Shown here piece by piece: positions 20,211 through 30,601 of a DNA stretch of 64,000 bases. The stretch is from Methanoculleus sp. UBA208 (lineage in GTDB: Archaea; Halobacteriota; Methanomicrobia; Methanomicrobiales; Methanoculleaceae). Numbering within the stretch: position 1 is the first letter of the stretch; each line of letters begins with the position of its first letter. The position numbers and the translations under genes are program-made. The notes beneath the pieces were generated by a model. It saw only the letters and a program-made list of their open reading frames with translations. It had not been told where the DNA came from and did no database searches. The stretch lies in NCBI RefSeq assembly GCF_002498065.1, contig NZ_DAFZ01000109.1, forward strand, positions 2,542 through 66,541. The letters are read 5' to 3'.

Positions 20211-20295
20211 TGCGAGGGGTGAGATTCGAACTCACGAACTCCTACGAGACCAGGCCCTCAACCTGGCGCCTTTGACCTGGCTTGGCAACCCTCGC
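20211..20295 (-). tRNA. tRNA-Leu(GAG)
   Basis: GCGAGGG/CCCTCGC acceptor stem, anticodon arm CCAGG-TTGAGGG-CCTGG, long variable arm, GTTCGAATC T-loop; TATA-like TTATATAG just upstream. Confidence 0.96.
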
Positions 20296-20476
20296 CCTGT
20301 TCCTCTCTATATAACGCATTGCAACATAAAATATCTTGCTCTGCGGGAACCGGGCCTCTCACGGACGAGATGGCCGCACGTCCCCGTGTGGCCTTCCCGT
20401 TATGCGCATACCCGTGCTCCGGCGTCCCCTGAACGTCTTCGATGCGTATTTATGCGCCCGCTTCCAACGATCCCGC

Positions 20477-20980
20477 ATGTGGGCTGACATCTCACGGGAG
20501 TTCGCCGATTCGCCGTCCCAGAGCCGCGTCGTCCGGTTCCTGCTGGAGAACGGGTTCGGCATCAATGAAGAGGGGCGCATCGTCTGCAACGGCATCGAGA
20601 TCCCGGCCACGCACGTCGGCAGGGCGATCGAGACCGACCGCAGGGTCGTCGACGCCACAGCCCGCCGCATTCTCGAGAACCCGGAACTTCGGGAGGTCTT
20701 TATCCGGATGCGTGCCGCGCCCGACCTCTCCCGGGTCGCCGAGGCCCTCGGCCTCTCGGTCATCACGCTCTACCCGAAGGACGCGCACCAGAAGGGGATC
20801 GTCGGCGCGGCGGTCGAGGTTCTCGTCGAACACGACCTCTCCATCCGCCAGATCTTCGTCACCGATCCCTACCTCGCAGAAGAGCCCAAACTCGTGATGA
20901 TCGTGGACGAACCAAGGGTCCCGGCATCGGTCTACGAACGCCTGCGTGCGCTCCCGCAGGTAAAACAGTTGATCATCTGA
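20477..20980 (+). CDS. ACT-domain regulator of amino acid metabolism (COG2150-like)
   Basis: MWADI...SQSRVVRFLLENGFGI...DRRVVDATA..., C-terminal ACT-like SIRQIFVTDP. Confidence 0.8.
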   Translation: MWADISREFADSPSQSRVVRFLLENGFGINEEGRIVCNGIEIPATHVGRAIETDRRVVDATARRILENPELREVFIRMRAAPDLSRVAEALGLSVITLYPKDAHQKGIVGAAVEVLVEHDLSIRQIFVTDPYLAEEPKLVMIVDEPRVPASVYERLRALPQVKQLII

Positions 20981-21458
20981 AAAGCTCCATCTCCTGCCCG
21001 AGCCGGCGGATCCGCTCCCTCTGCCTTCGCGGGAGGGCGATTGAACGCTGCAGCCGCTCCTCGAGCGTGATGACGCGGGTTCCCTTCACCAGGTTGTCCG
21101 CGTGGGCGACGATCTTCTCCTCAAGCGTTCTTGGCATGCAGTCGCGCGGCGTCAGATCGAGGGCCGCACACTCGTCCGCCGTCAGCCCGGCGCCGATGTG
21201 CCGCTCGACGATGGCGACGACGGCTTCGTCAAGACCGAACGACCGGCATATCGCGCCGCCCGCTTCGGCGTGGCGAAGGTCGTGCGTCACTCCCCGGCCG
21301 ATATCGTGGAGGAGGGCCCCGGCCTCGATGAGGTCGCGATCGACCGACGGGCCGGAGGCGTAGGCGAGCGCAAGGTCGCGCACCGCCCGGCAGTGTGCGA
21401 TGACCCCTTCGGAGCACCCGGCGCGCCTGAGGAGGGCGATGCAGTCCTCTTCACGCAC
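20973..21458 (-). CDS. HD-domain (HDIG) protein, TIGR00295-like
   Basis: [31 protein letters not shown] start overlapping the tfe stop. Confidence 0.85.
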   Translation of the reverse strand: MREEDCIALLRRAGCSEGVIAHCRAVRDLALAYASGPSVDRDLIEAGALLHDIGRGVTHDLRHAEAGGAICRSFGLDEAVVAIVERHIGAGLTADECAALDLTPRDCMPRTLEEKIVAHADNLVKGTRVITLEERLQRSIALPRRQRERIRRLGQEMELFR

Positions 21459-21972
21459 TCCCGAGGCTCTCCTTGATCTTATCGACCCTTCTCCTGAGGG
21501 CGCTGGCGATGAGTTCGTTGTCGAAGTGCTCGAGCATCTCCTCGCAGTTCGGGCACTCGAAGTTCCAGTTCGCCGCATCCGTGAAGGTATAGACGACGCT
21601 GCAGTTTCTGCACATGTAAAAGTCGTTCTTCTCCTCGTAGGTGAGCCGGGCATTGAGGTGCTCGAGCACGTCCCGGACCTCCTCCTCGAGCACGTCATAA
21701 ACACGGTCCAGGCGGAGGTGCCAGAGGTAGGTGAGCCAGCCGGTCTCGGTGTTCTTCAGCCGCCGGTACTCGGCGAGGCGTTTCTCGTAGAGCGTGTAAA
21801 GGGTGTGGCGAACGGTGTTGAGGTTGACCCCGGTCATCTCGGCAAGTTCCTCGTCACTGTGCTCTCCTCCTTCGGGGAACCGCCTGAGAAGCTCGATTCC
21901 ATCCTCCCCGATCATGCGCAGAATGTAGGCGTTGATTGCCGGATCGTTTAACAGTTCAGTGACGGATACCAT
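21451..21972 (-). CDS. tfe: Transcription factor E (TFIIE alpha homolog)
   Basis: w[10 protein letters not shown]...[13 protein letters not shown]...TGWLTYLW and Zn ribbon CxxC...FECPNC. Confidence 0.95.
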   Translation of the reverse strand: MVSVTELLNDPAINAYILRMIGEDGIELLRRFPEGGEHSDEELAEMTGVNLNTVRHTLYTLYEKRLAEYRRLKNTETGWLTYLWHLRLDRVYDVLEEEVRDVLEHLNARLTYEEKNDFYMCRNCSVVYTFTDAANWNFECPNCEEMLEHFDNELIASALRRRVDKIKESLGSA

Positions 21973-22122
21973 GCTCAAATCTCTCCCATAACGGATAATC
22001 GTATAATAGTATATGTTCCAGCATCGATGTTTAGCATACTCTGCTTTTAATCTTTAATTCTCTTTTCCCGTGTCCGGGGGGCGGTCCCCCTCTCCCGCCG
22101 GAGGCGGGGCCGTGCCCACCGC

Positions 22123-23199
22123 TCATTCCCCGATGAGCCTCCGGACTGCCGCGGTGTTCCTCTCGAGATCCGCGTATGCCGCTGTTTCCGTCTCTCCGCA
22201 GCCAAAGACGCTCACGACGGCGTGGCCCTCCTCGAACTCGGTTCCGGGCCAGGGTATATCGGCGATCCGGGGCGCAAGTGCAGAAAGATCGACGTCGAGA
22301 CGCATATCCCGCTCCGCAAAGAGGATCCGCCGGACCGCGACCTGCCGCGGTGCAGGCACCGCCGCCGGGATCACCCCGCGGCAGGCGTCCATGTGCATGG
22401 CAAAGACGCTCCTTTCGATCGCCATCTCGACCGTATCCAGGGTGGCCTGGAACCGGGGATTGATCTCGATCGCCCAGGGTTTCTCGCCCGCCACAAAATC
22501 GATCCCGACCGAGCCCACGCACCCGCTTGCGGCAGCGATTTGCTCTGCCGCCGCGATCATCTCCCCGGCAAGGGGATGGGAGAACGGGGTGAGCGACCCG
22601 GCAAACCCGTGCGCGGATTCCCCCTCGCCCCGCAGGAGCTGCCGGTTGACCGCGACGGCCCGCGCCCGCCGGCCGTCGGCGACGCAGGAGACGCTTGAGG
22701 GGACTCCGTCGACGAGGTGCTGTGCGATGTAGGGGACGTCCGGCCAGGCCTCCTCCCACCGGCGGAGGTCTTCTGCGGTCCTCGCGACCGCGTTCCTCCA
22801 TCCTCCCGCTCCCCGGCGCGGTTTGACCATCACCGGAAACCGATCGCTCGCTGCGAGCGGCGGGACCGGCACGTCCAGCCCCTCGAAGAACCGCTGGATC
22901 TCCAGTTTGTCGAGGAACCGCTCCACTTTCGCAGGCGGCGTGCCGTAGAGCGGGATCGTCGTCCCGACGGCCTCGGCGCCCGAGGCGACGACCAGCACGT
23001 CGACCGGGTGGCGGGAGGCGAGTTCGACGATCTTCTCCGGAAGTTCGGCGAGTTCGTCGAACGAGAGGCAGTCCTCCGTGTACCACCCGAGATCCTGGTC
23101 GCAGAAGTGGTCGACGGCGTAGACCGTGTAGCCGGCCCGGCGGGCCGACTGCGCCACGTGCCGCGTGGCGAACCCCGCAACCAGAACCCGGCCCGTCAC
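22123..23199 (-). CDS. ATP-grasp domain protein (COG2232-like)
   Basis: [41 protein letters not shown]. Confidence 0.85.
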   Translation of the reverse strand: MTGRVLVAGFATRHVAQSARRAGYTVYAVDHFCDQDLGWYTEDCLSFDELAELPEKIVELASRHPVDVLVVASGAEAVGTTIPLYGTPPAKVERFLDKLEIQRFFEGLDVPVPPLAASDRFPVMVKPRRGAGGWRNAVARTAEDLRRWEEAWPDVPYIAQHLVDGVPSSVSCVADGRRARAVAVNRQLLRGEGESAHGFAGSLTPFSHPLAGEMIAAAEQIAAASGCVGSVGIDFVAGEKPWAIEINPRFQATLDTVEMAIERSVFAMHMDACRGVIPAAVPAPRQVAVRRILFAERDMRLDVDLSALAPRIADIPWPGTEFEEGHAVVSVFGCGETETAAYADLERNTAAVRRLIGE

Positions 23200-23720
23200 C
23201 GCTCCACCGTCTTCTTCCCGACCTTCGTTGGTTCGATCCGGATCTTCGCGTCCGGGTACTCCCGGTTGAGCTCCTTCCCCTCGAAGAGGTGGTCGAGGAA
23301 GAGGGCGAGGCTCGAGATCTCGGAGTGGGGCTGGGTGGTCACCGAGACGTTGTAGTCGGCAAGTCCATAGATGTCGCCCGGGACCTTCTCCGCCCCCACC
23401 ACGACGAGCACCCGCTCCTCGCCGCGGATCTCGTCGATGACGTCGGTCATCCGGAGCCCGTACATCGTGAGGTGGGCGACTTTGCCGCCGGCGGCCTTCC
23501 AGTCCTGGATGCACCGCCGCCACTTCACGTCGTTCTCCACGAAGAAGCCCCCTCCCCACCGGGAGGCGACGTCCGTTATGCTCGTGACCACCCCGGGATC
23601 GTCTGCGGCGAGGTACATTCCACGGGCACCGAGCGCCCGAGCCGCGAGCCCGACGTGGGTAGTCACCCGCTGGTCGCGTTCGGGCCGGTGGCCTATCCGG
23701 AGCACGGCTACTTCGGGCAT
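23196..23720 (-). CDS. trm56: tRNA (cytidine(56)-2'-O)-methyltransferase
   Basis: [39 protein letters not shown]. Confidence 0.95.
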   Translation of the reverse strand: MPEVAVLRIGHRPERDQRVTTHVGLAARALGARGMYLAADDPGVVTSITDVASRWGGGFFVENDVKWRRCIQDWKAAGGKVAHLTMYGLRMTDVIDEIRGEERVLVVVGAEKVPGDIYGLADYNVSVTTQPHSEISSLALFLDHLFEGKELNREYPDAKIRIEPTKVGKKTVER

Positions 23721-23724
23721 AGCC

Positions 23725-24006
23725 TTACTCATCTCTCCTTTTTGCCCTGACGACACCGTTCTCGATGACGAACGGCAGGTCATCCCTGGTGTGCCGGCAC
23801 TGGCACTCGATCAGCGACTCCTGAATGGAGAGGAGGCGCACCGTCCCCTCTGCCTGCCGGACCAGGAGGTAACGCTCGAGACGCTCGAGCGACGCCGTCA
23901 CCGCACCGGGCTCAAAACCAGTGGCTGCTACCAGGTCTTCGACCGTAATGCCGCCGGTTTCGGGAATCCGGTGATATACGGTCCAATCCAGATCTTCCTC
24001 ACGCAC
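23725..24006 (-). CDS. Small winged-helix protein
   Basis: [11 protein letters not shown]...[14 protein letters not shown]; first gene of the trm56-tfe run. Confidence 0.65.
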   Translation of the reverse strand: MREEDLDWTVYHRIPETGGITVEDLVAATGFEPGAVTASLERLERYLLVRQAEGTVRLLSIQESLIECQCRHTRDDLPFVIENGVVRAKRRDE

Positions 24007-24120
24007 ACCTATTCTTTTTTCCGGGCGGACCGATATAGTTATTCATGCACCGCCCGCACCGTTCCGGCTCTGTAGGCCGGTATCCGGGCAGGGCTGCACG
24101 AGGTATGGTGGGAACCGAGT

Positions 24121-24513
24121 ATGGTCGATTATGTGGAACTGGCGGAACTTGCCGACAGGCTCTTTGAGGCGAGCGACGACGACGACGAACTTTTTGCCCG
24201 GATGCTGGATACGCTTGACGCGGAGACCCGGGGAGCGCTGCTCTCCTCCGACCTCCTCAACGCGTACCAGGTCTTTTACTACTACTTCCGGGAAACGCCG
24301 GACGAGCTGACGAAGGAGCGGCTGCAGCTCCACGCGGCATCGGACCTCGCCCGGGGGATCGTCATCGACGAGGTCGATATCTACGAGGTTGTCTTTTCAC
24401 TGGAAGGCGGAGAGCCTGTCGTCCTCATCACCGACGGCGAGAACACGCTCGCACGGTTCGAAGGAGAGCAGGCATACACGGAGATGGTCAGGTACCTGGA
24501 TGAGTCCCTTTAG
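24121..24513 (+). CDS. Hypothetical acidic protein
   Basis: 130-aa ORF with host-like codon usage. Confidence 0.7.
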   Translation: MVDYVELAELADRLFEASDDDDELFARMLDTLDAETRGALLSSDLLNAYQVFYYYFRETPDELTKERLQLHAASDLARGIVIDEVDIYEVVFSLEGGEPVVLITDGENTLARFEGEQAYTEMVRYLDESL

Positions 24514-24536
24514 TGGTCCGTTTCGCCTAAAATTTC

Positions 24537-25037
24537 CGCTTTGTTGAAACCCTCTTCAGTTTCCATTCTTACCCTGCTGAGGCTGGTGCCGGGCCCGGCT
24601 TGTCCCCAGGATCGGCCTTTTTCTCGGGCCTGTCCTCATGCCGTGGACCGTGGTGGCCAGCGCATCTGACGATGCTCGAACTCCCGCCGTCCCGCCGGTC
24701 GTTTATCGCCATTGGGGGAACGACTGTCCGCAGGACAGGAGTTCGAGAAACCCAAAGGGTTTCGCTGTGGGGCCGACGGGGAGTACGAGCGAAGCGAGCT
24801 TGAGCACCGGAGGTGCAAGGGGGTCTCCCCCTCCCCTGTCTCCATCCCACAAGTAGACGTGTAACCCCACCCCGCCCGGCCTCCGGCCTCCTCAGACGCA
24901 CCTGCGGTGCTCGAACTCCTGCCGTTCCGGCAGTCGTTCCCCGCCCCAGGGGCGGGGGCAGTCATGGCGATACCCGGTGGAAAGCCGTGCTCCGGAGTGT
25001 GACCATCGGGAGAGGCAGATCCGGGTTCAACAAAGCC
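24537..25037. mobile_element. MITE-like non-autonomous element with IS5/IS903-like terminal inverted repeats
   Basis: Left CGCTTTGTTGAAACCC, right (reverse complement) GGCTTTGTTGAACCCG; no transposase; internal blocks shared with 42985-43373. Confidence 0.7.
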
Positions 25038-25136
25038 GAACGTTCCCCTGTTCTGCGGGAGGGCATAGCGCCCGCCCCCCACACGCCAAAATTCCTAACA
25101 TAAAGTGACAAGATGCACTAGACCGGTGGTCTGCCA

Positions 25137-25212
25137 GAAACCCTGCGGGTTTCTTCAACTCCTGCTCCGAAGCCTGATGGCTTCTCATGCTCCGTTCCGT
25201 TGGAACGTCGCA
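25137..25212 (+). repeat. Double-hairpin mini-element copies (one complete, one partial)
   Basis: GAAACCC-TGC-GGGTTTC-TTCAACTCC, then CGAAGCC-TGAT-GGCTTC-TCATGCTCC-GTTCC-GTT-GGAAC-GTCGCA. Confidence 0.7.
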
Positions 25213-25214
25213 CC

Positions 25215-25931
25215 CTACCGCCAGTCGTTTCCGGCAGTGATCAGCCGTTCGTCGACGTTCGCCCGCACGATCGGCGGGAGATCCCCCCACCGGATCACCG
25301 CGTCATCGATGACGGCGAGCACGCCTAAAACACCGATCCCGGAGAGGCCGTCGAGGACCGAGGTGTCGTCCGCCGTGATCCGGTTGCAGATAGCCGTCGC
25401 CCAGGCGTCCGCGACGGCGACGTCGGTGGCAAAGACCGTCACGGCGTCGGCGGTGCCGAAACTGATGGACGGGCCCACCGTCGCCGACGAGGTGCAGATG
25501 CCGAGGATCTCATTCTGCGGCGGGAGCAGGAACGCAATCCGCCCGCTCAGGGGCGATGCTCCCGCATAGATGCCGATCTTCACCTCGCGATCGCTTGCAA
25601 GAGCAATGTCCCCCCCGTTGTCGACGAGGGCAAACGCCGCCCCGTCCTCGACCATGGCCTCCACGCCGGCCCAGGCTATCGCACCCGCCACCGCCGCCAT
25701 GGGGCCGATCCCGGCCTCTGCCGCGGCCCGGGCCATGCGATCGGGGGTCCTCTCCGGGATCTTCGGGATGTACGGCTCGAGCGTTGCCGCAAAATAGGGG
25801 TCCCGGGCGATCTGCCGCTCGACCTCCTGCCGGGCGGCCAGCATCCCGGATTTTGCCGCCTCGATCGCTCCGGGGTCCTCGGCGAGGATCGTCGTGATCG
25901 TCTGCCGGAACTCGAAATGCTCCCGGATCAT
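25215..25931 (-). CDS. UPF0280 / ApbE-superfamily protein (COG2122)
   Basis: GPMAAVAGAIA, VDNGGDIA, GICTSSATVGPSISFG. Confidence 0.9.
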   Translation of the reverse strand: MIREHFEFRQTITTILAEDPGAIEAAKSGMLAARQEVERQIARDPYFAATLEPYIPKIPERTPDRMARAAAEAGIGPMAAVAGAIAWAGVEAMVEDGAAFALVDNGGDIALASDREVKIGIYAGASPLSGRIAFLLPPQNEILGICTSSATVGPSISFGTADAVTVFATDVAVADAWATAICNRITADDTSVLDGLSGIGVLGVLAVIDDAVIRWGDLPPIVRANVDERLITAGNDWR

Positions 25932-26326
25932 CCCTGCTGCGAGAGGGCGCCGTGAGGGCACGCCTGGATGCATTTGCCGCAGAGGACGCACCGCTCGGAT
26001 TTCACCCGGAGACGCCACTCTTCGTCGAAGGAGAAGACCTCCTGGGGGCAGATGCTGATGCAGGCCCCGCAGTCGACGCACTCCTCCTCGTCGCGGACGA
26101 CGGCGTTCTCCATCACGCGGACCGTGACCCCCATCTCCTCGAGGCGCTGCCGGACCAGGTCGGCGTCCTTATCCGGGATGTCGATCAGCATCTCGCCAGC
26201 CATCGAATCGATGTTGGCCTTCTCGACGTTGACGAGGACGCCGGTCTCCGTCACCACCCGGGCGATCACCGGTTCTCTCCCCGGGTCGTGCTGTCCCCTC
26301 CGGGAGAACGCCAGCAGGAGTTTCAT
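25928..26326 (-). CDS. NIL-domain 2x[4Fe-4S] ferredoxin (partner of aspartate-semialdehyde sulfurtransferase)
   Basis: NIL-like N-terminus; CVDCGACISICP and CVLCGKCIQACP. Confidence 0.9.
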   Translation of the reverse strand: MKLLLAFSRRGQHDPGREPVIARVVTETGVLVNVEKANIDSMAGEMLIDIPDKDADLVRQRLEEMGVTVRVMENAVVRDEEECVDCGACISICPQEVFSFDEEWRLRVKSERCVLCGKCIQACPHGALSQQG

Positions 26327-27831
26327 CGCCGCCGCCTCCCGCCGAAGAGCTTTCCGAGATCGATCGCCGAGAGGATGCCGACCACCCGGTTCGTCGCGTC
26401 AACCACGGGAAGCGCGCTGATGTTGTTTTGCTCCAGTTTCCGGGCGGCGATGTCCACCGGCTCGTCGGCTGTCGTCTTGATCACCTTCCGGGTCATGATG
26501 TCCTTCACCTGCCGCAGCCTCCCGTCCGTCACCACTGCCTTCGAGACGTCGTAGGTGGTGATGATCCCGACCAGCGTGCCGTTCCCATCGAGGACCGGGA
26601 GATGGTTCGTCTCGTCCCGCAGAAGCCGCTTTGCCGCCACCCGGATCTCCTCGTCTTCCGTGATGCTGATCACCTGCCGGTTCATGATGTCGCGGACGCG
26701 GGGGGTGACGGCCGTCTCCCGCATGGGCTTTGAGCGCTTTGCCGGGTCGATCCGCCGGGTGGGAAGTGCAAGTTCCATCTTCCCCGCCTCAATCCAGGCC
26801 TTCAGTTCCTGTGCCACCGCCCGTGCCTGCCGGTAGCTGGAGAGCGACGACGTCCGGACGGTCTCGCCGCCGATCTCGACGGACCCGCTCCTTAAGTCGG
26901 CGTAACTGACCGTTGCGAGCGACGGCCGGTCCCGCCGGGGCGTGCCGAAATCGATGATGTCGGTCAGGATATCCTCGTCCCGCACTGCGGTGCTCCGGAC
27001 GATCCCGGTATCGAGCACCGGTATCGGGATGCCGACGCCGACATACATCGTCACGCCGTAGCCGTTCATCACCGCGGCGCGCAGGAACTCCTGCCGCATC
27101 TGCTTCATGTCCCCGGCGACCATCAGGTTCCCGAATCCGCCGCCCGCCGAGTGCTGGGTGCCTTCTCCGACGATCATGCCCTCTCCCCCGGCAAGGAAGA
27201 TCGGGACGCCGCTCCCGATGACCCGGAAGCCGGGGTCGTTTGCGAGCGGCGAGAGGGTTCCTGCGCCGGAGTAGGAGACGTTGCCGCACCGCGGGAGGAG
27301 CGTCCCCATGTAGGTGTTGAGTGTCCGGTCGGTGGCGTTCGAGGCTGCGTTGTAGCGCTGGAAGGCGTTTCTCGGGTTGACCATGACCGCCTGGTTCATG
27401 TCATCGAGCAGCAGTTCCGTCGTGATGCTCCGGCGCGGGTAGCAGTCGGTCCCGCGGGAGGTTGCCCGCAGTTCGACGGTGCCCCCTGCCACGAGTTCTT
27501 CGAGGACGTGGGCGCCGCCGTAGAGGTGGTCTTTGGACTCGGCCTCCTCTGTTGCGCCCAGGTAGGCGTCGACCGCCGCGATTCCTGCATATGCTTCAAC
27601 GTCGTTGAGCCAGACGCGCTCCATCCGGATGGGGGGGTCGGCGTGCCCGAAGTTGAAGAAGGCACCGGTAGAGCACATTGCCCCGAACGTCCCGGTCGTG
27701 ACGACGTCGACCTCCGCCAGTGCCCCTTCCTCTCCCAGCTCGTCGACGATGCCCGGCATCTCTTCGGCGGTAACGATTCGTGCAGTACCGTCGCGTATCC
27801 GGGCATTGATGAGGTCGAGGGACTTTTCCAT
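26323..27831 (-). CDS. L-aspartate semialdehyde sulfurtransferase (DUF39 + CBS pair), homocysteine biosynthesis
   Basis: VDVVTTGTFGAMCSTG, NPRNAFQRY, YMGTLLP, C-terminal tandem CBS domains. Confidence 0.92.
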   Translation of the reverse strand: MEKSLDLINARIRDGTARIVTAEEMPGIVDELGEEGALAEVDVVTTGTFGAMCSTGAFFNFGHADPPIRMERVWLNDVEAYAGIAAVDAYLGATEEAESKDHLYGGAHVLEELVAGGTVELRATSRGTDCYPRRSITTELLLDDMNQAVMVNPRNAFQRYNAASNATDRTLNTYMGTLLPRCGNVSYSGAGTLSPLANDPGFRVIGSGVPIFLAGGEGMIVGEGTQHSAGGGFGNLMVAGDMKQMRQEFLRAAVMNGYGVTMYVGVGIPIPVLDTGIVRSTAVRDEDILTDIIDFGTPRRDRPSLATVSYADLRSGSVEIGGETVRTSSLSSYRQARAVAQELKAWIEAGKMELALPTRRIDPAKRSKPMRETAVTPRVRDIMNRQVISITEDEEIRVAAKRLLRDETNHLPVLDGNGTLVGIITTYDVSKAVVTDGRLRQVKDIMTRKVIKTTADEPVDIAARKLEQNNISALPVVDATNRVVGILSAIDLGKLFGGRRRR

Positions 27832-28000
27832 GAACGTATATTCATTTTGGAATATTTATAGGTGTTGATTATTACTTTAGGTAATATTGTGCGGGGGTAC
27901 GCAGGCATTCGGGCAGGGTCGATCCGGTGTAGCCTTCAAAAGATGCGCATCAGGCGTTTCTTCCCATTCGGGCCGAAAAAAGAGGTGGGGTTTTCCGCGT

Positions 28001-29299
28001 TCAGTCCCGCCTGTGCAGGGCAACGACGAGGCCGAGGATGCCGAGCGCCCCCACCACGGCAAAGGGCGCTACGCCCGCGTGGGGTGCCTGGGTCGGCACG
28101 GGCGAGAGCGAGGCTGAGGCCGAGGCGGTGCTTCCGGCACCGACCTGGACGCTGGTCGACCAGTCGCTGTAACCGCCGAGCGCCACCCTGACCGCGTGGG
28201 TGCCGGTGGAAATGCCGTCGACGGTCAGCGGGGTGATGCCCTTATAGGCGTTGTCGATGTAGACCTCGGCCCCCGACGGGGAGGAGGTGACCGAGATCGA
28301 GCCCGTCGAGGTCGACTGGCCGGGCTGGAGCGTCGCGGTGACGTGGCTCGTTGTCGCCCCGCTGACGACGACCCCTGTCGTGTAGTCCTGGTAGCCGGAA
28401 AGGGCTACCCTGACGGTATGGGAGCCGACCACGACGTTCGAGATCGTGTACACTCCGGCCGAGGGGGTCTTGCCCTGGTACTTGTCGTCAAGGAAGACGT
28501 CTGCCCCTGCCGGGTAGGAGACCACGTCGATAGCGCCGGTGGTCTCGGAGGGAACGGCCGTCAGGTAAGCGTTGACGTAACTGGTCACACCGGGGCTCAC
28601 GGTCACGGTCGACTTCCAGCCGTAGTAGCCGGAAAGGTCGAGCTCGAGGTTGTGCTTCGCGGCCGAGACGCTCGTGAGCGTCAGGGGCGTCCGGCCCTTA
28701 TAGACGCCGTCCATGTAGACGTACGCGCCGGAAGGGGAGGAAGTGACCTTGATCGACCCGTACTGCTCGATCGGGGTCAGGGTGAACTTGATGTTCGACT
28801 GCTGCCCCGCCTTGACCGTGACGGTGGCATAATCGGACTGGTAGCCCGAGTGATCGGCCTCAAGGGAGTAGGTGCCCGGGGAGAGGTCCTTGATCGTGAG
28901 CGGCGCAACGCCCCGGTAGTTCCCGTTCAGGTAGATTGCCGAACCCGAGGGGCTCGACGTGACGTAGATCGAGCCGGAGGTCTCGACCGGCTGCAGCGTC
29001 GCGTAAACGTCTACGGTCTGGCCTGCCGCGGGGCTCGAGGGCAGGCTGCCGGAGTACGAGTGGTAGCCGCTCTTCTCGACGCGGTAGGAGCTGTAGGGCG
29101 TCCCGGTGGAGTAGACCGGGACATCGAGCGATCCCCCGTACGTAGTGCCCTGGTACTGTCCGTCGAAGTACACGTCGGCACCGTCGACGTTGCAGTGGAC
29201 GCGGTACCATCCTTCATCTCCCCCTATCTGTGCGGATACGGCAGGGATGCCGGCGCAGATGACGAGGAGCGTCATTCCGATGATGAGAGTTCTCAACAT
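28001..29299 (-). CDS. PEGA-domain surface protein with C-terminal membrane anchor
   Basis: Signal peptide MLRTLII...; repeats GSI.VTSSPSGA.VY.D..YKG.TP; hydrophobic tail ending HRRD. Confidence 0.9.
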   Translation of the reverse strand: MLRTLIIGMTLLVICAGIPAVSAQIGGDEGWYRVHCNVDGADVYFDGQYQGTTYGGSLDVPVYSTGTPYSSYRVEKSGYHSYSGSLPSSPAAGQTVDVYATLQPVETSGSIYVTSSPSGSAIYLNGNYRGVAPLTIKDLSPGTYSLEADHSGYQSDYATVTVKAGQQSNIKFTLTPIEQYGSIKVTSSPSGAYVYMDGVYKGRTPLTLTSVSAAKHNLELDLSGYYGWKSTVTVSPGVTSYVNAYLTAVPSETTGAIDVVSYPAGADVFLDDKYQGKTPSAGVYTISNVVVGSHTVRVALSGYQDYTTGVVVSGATTSHVTATLQPGQSTSTGSISVTSSPSGAEVYIDNAYKGITPLTVDGISTGTHAVRVALGGYSDWSTSVQVGAGSTASASASLSPVPTQAPHAGVAPFAVVGALGILGLVVALHRRD

Positions 29300-29515
29300 G
29301 ATCCATCTCCGATAGACGATAAGCGAATATCGGGTTTTTCGGGGATAACTATTTCCATTTGATCTACCCATTCTCCTCGGCCTTTCGACGATATCGGGCC
29401 TTTTGCCCCAGAAAGAGATCAAAACGTCCTGTAACACGAACGTTCGCCCGGCCCGAACGGCCGCCGGCGCCCTCGTTCATCCTTTTTATCCGGGGACGTC
29501 TAAACGGGGTACTGC

Positions 29516-30226
29516 ATGGATATCCTGAGGTTCATCGCCGCACTGGAGCAGGTCGCTCCGCCCGAACTGGCCGAAGAATACGATGCCGGGAGGATCGGCC
29601 TCGTCGTCGAGGGGAAGGACGAGATCGAGACCGTCTGCTGTGCGCTCGATGCCACGCAGAAGGTCGTGGATGCCGCAGTTCTCGCCGGCGCCGATATGCT
29701 GGTCGTCCACCATACGCCCCTCTGGAGCCCGGTCACGGCGGTCAGGGGCCCGACGTCGCACCTGCTCCGGGCACTCCTCTCCGCCGATATGAACCTCTAC
29801 GTCATGCACACGAACTTCGACCATGCCGAGGGCGGGGTCAACGACGTCCTGGCATCAAGGCTCGGTCTTTCGCGGACGGAGCGGATGGCCGCCGGCCTCG
29901 TCGGCGACTGCTCCCTCGATGCCCGGGAGATCGCCCGCCGCCTCCCCGGCGGGGGGATCCGGGTTTACGGGGAAACCGGGACGATCCGGCGGCTCGCCGT
30001 CGTGGGGGGGAGCGGGTTCGATCCCGACCTGATCGGGGAGGCCGTCGACCTCGGGGCGGAAGCGTTCCTCTCGGCGGAACTCAAGCACAGCACGGCCCGT
30101 GCATCGCCCATACCCTGCCTCGAAGCCACCCACTACGCGCTCGAGGCCCCTGCCATGGAAGTTCTCGCGTCCCGCATGGGGTGGCATTATATCCCTGATC
30201 CGCCACACGTAGTGGTAGTTCCATGA
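29516..30226 (+). CDS. Nif3/DUF34 dinuclear metal-centre protein
   Basis: LVVHHTPLW, MHTNFD, VVGGSG, ATHYALE. Confidence 0.9.
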   Translation: MDILRFIAALEQVAPPELAEEYDAGRIGLVVEGKDEIETVCCALDATQKVVDAAVLAGADMLVVHHTPLWSPVTAVRGPTSHLLRALLSADMNLYVMHTNFDHAEGGVNDVLASRLGLSRTERMAAGLVGDCSLDAREIARRLPGGGIRVYGETGTIRRLAVVGGSGFDPDLIGEAVDLGAEAFLSAELKHSTARASPIPCLEATHYALEAPAMEVLASRMGWHYIPDPPHVVVVP

Positions 30227-30540
30227 GGGGCATCTGGCAGAGGATCGAGCGGGACCGGGCGCTGACGCCGGAGTTCCGCACCTGCATCGAGCGTGTCTAC
30301 GGGGAGCGGGGAAGAAAAGCGCTCGAAGCCGTCGACGAAGGGCAGGTAAAACGTTACCGCGACTTCTTCATCGTTGTGGGCCGGAGCAACGAGTATATCG
30401 TCGAAGGCGACTTCTGCACCTGCAGCGACTTTCTCTTCCGGGGACGCGAATGCTGGCACATCCTTGCGGTACGCATCGCCGAGCGGACGGGATTATATGA
30501 ATCCTACGACCTCTGGTACCAGGACACCTGGAAACCTTGA
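30223..30540 (+). CDS. SWIM zinc-finger protein
   Basis: FCTCSDF...CWHILA. Confidence 0.85.
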   Translation: MRGIWQRIERDRALTPEFRTCIERVYGERGRKALEAVDEGQVKRYRDFFIVVGRSNEYIVEGDFCTCSDFLFRGRECWHILAVRIAERTGLYESYDLWYQDTWKP

Positions 30541-30601
30541 ACAATCTGCACAAACAACTATATCGGTCACAATCATACCAATTTATGCTGCGTGATTTTC
30601 A

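Noticed and set aside
20211..20295. tRNA-Leu as an integration site for the adjacent PAS-kinase cluster
   Set aside because: I found no duplicated tRNA 3' end and no integrase in the window
25080..25122. AT-rich segment ending GATGCACTAG as another IS end
   Set aside because: No partner inverted repeat or second copy found in the window
24537..25212. Repeats as a CRISPR array to partner the CARF gene
   Set aside because: Units are not identical direct repeats with regular spacers, and they occur in both orientations and nested
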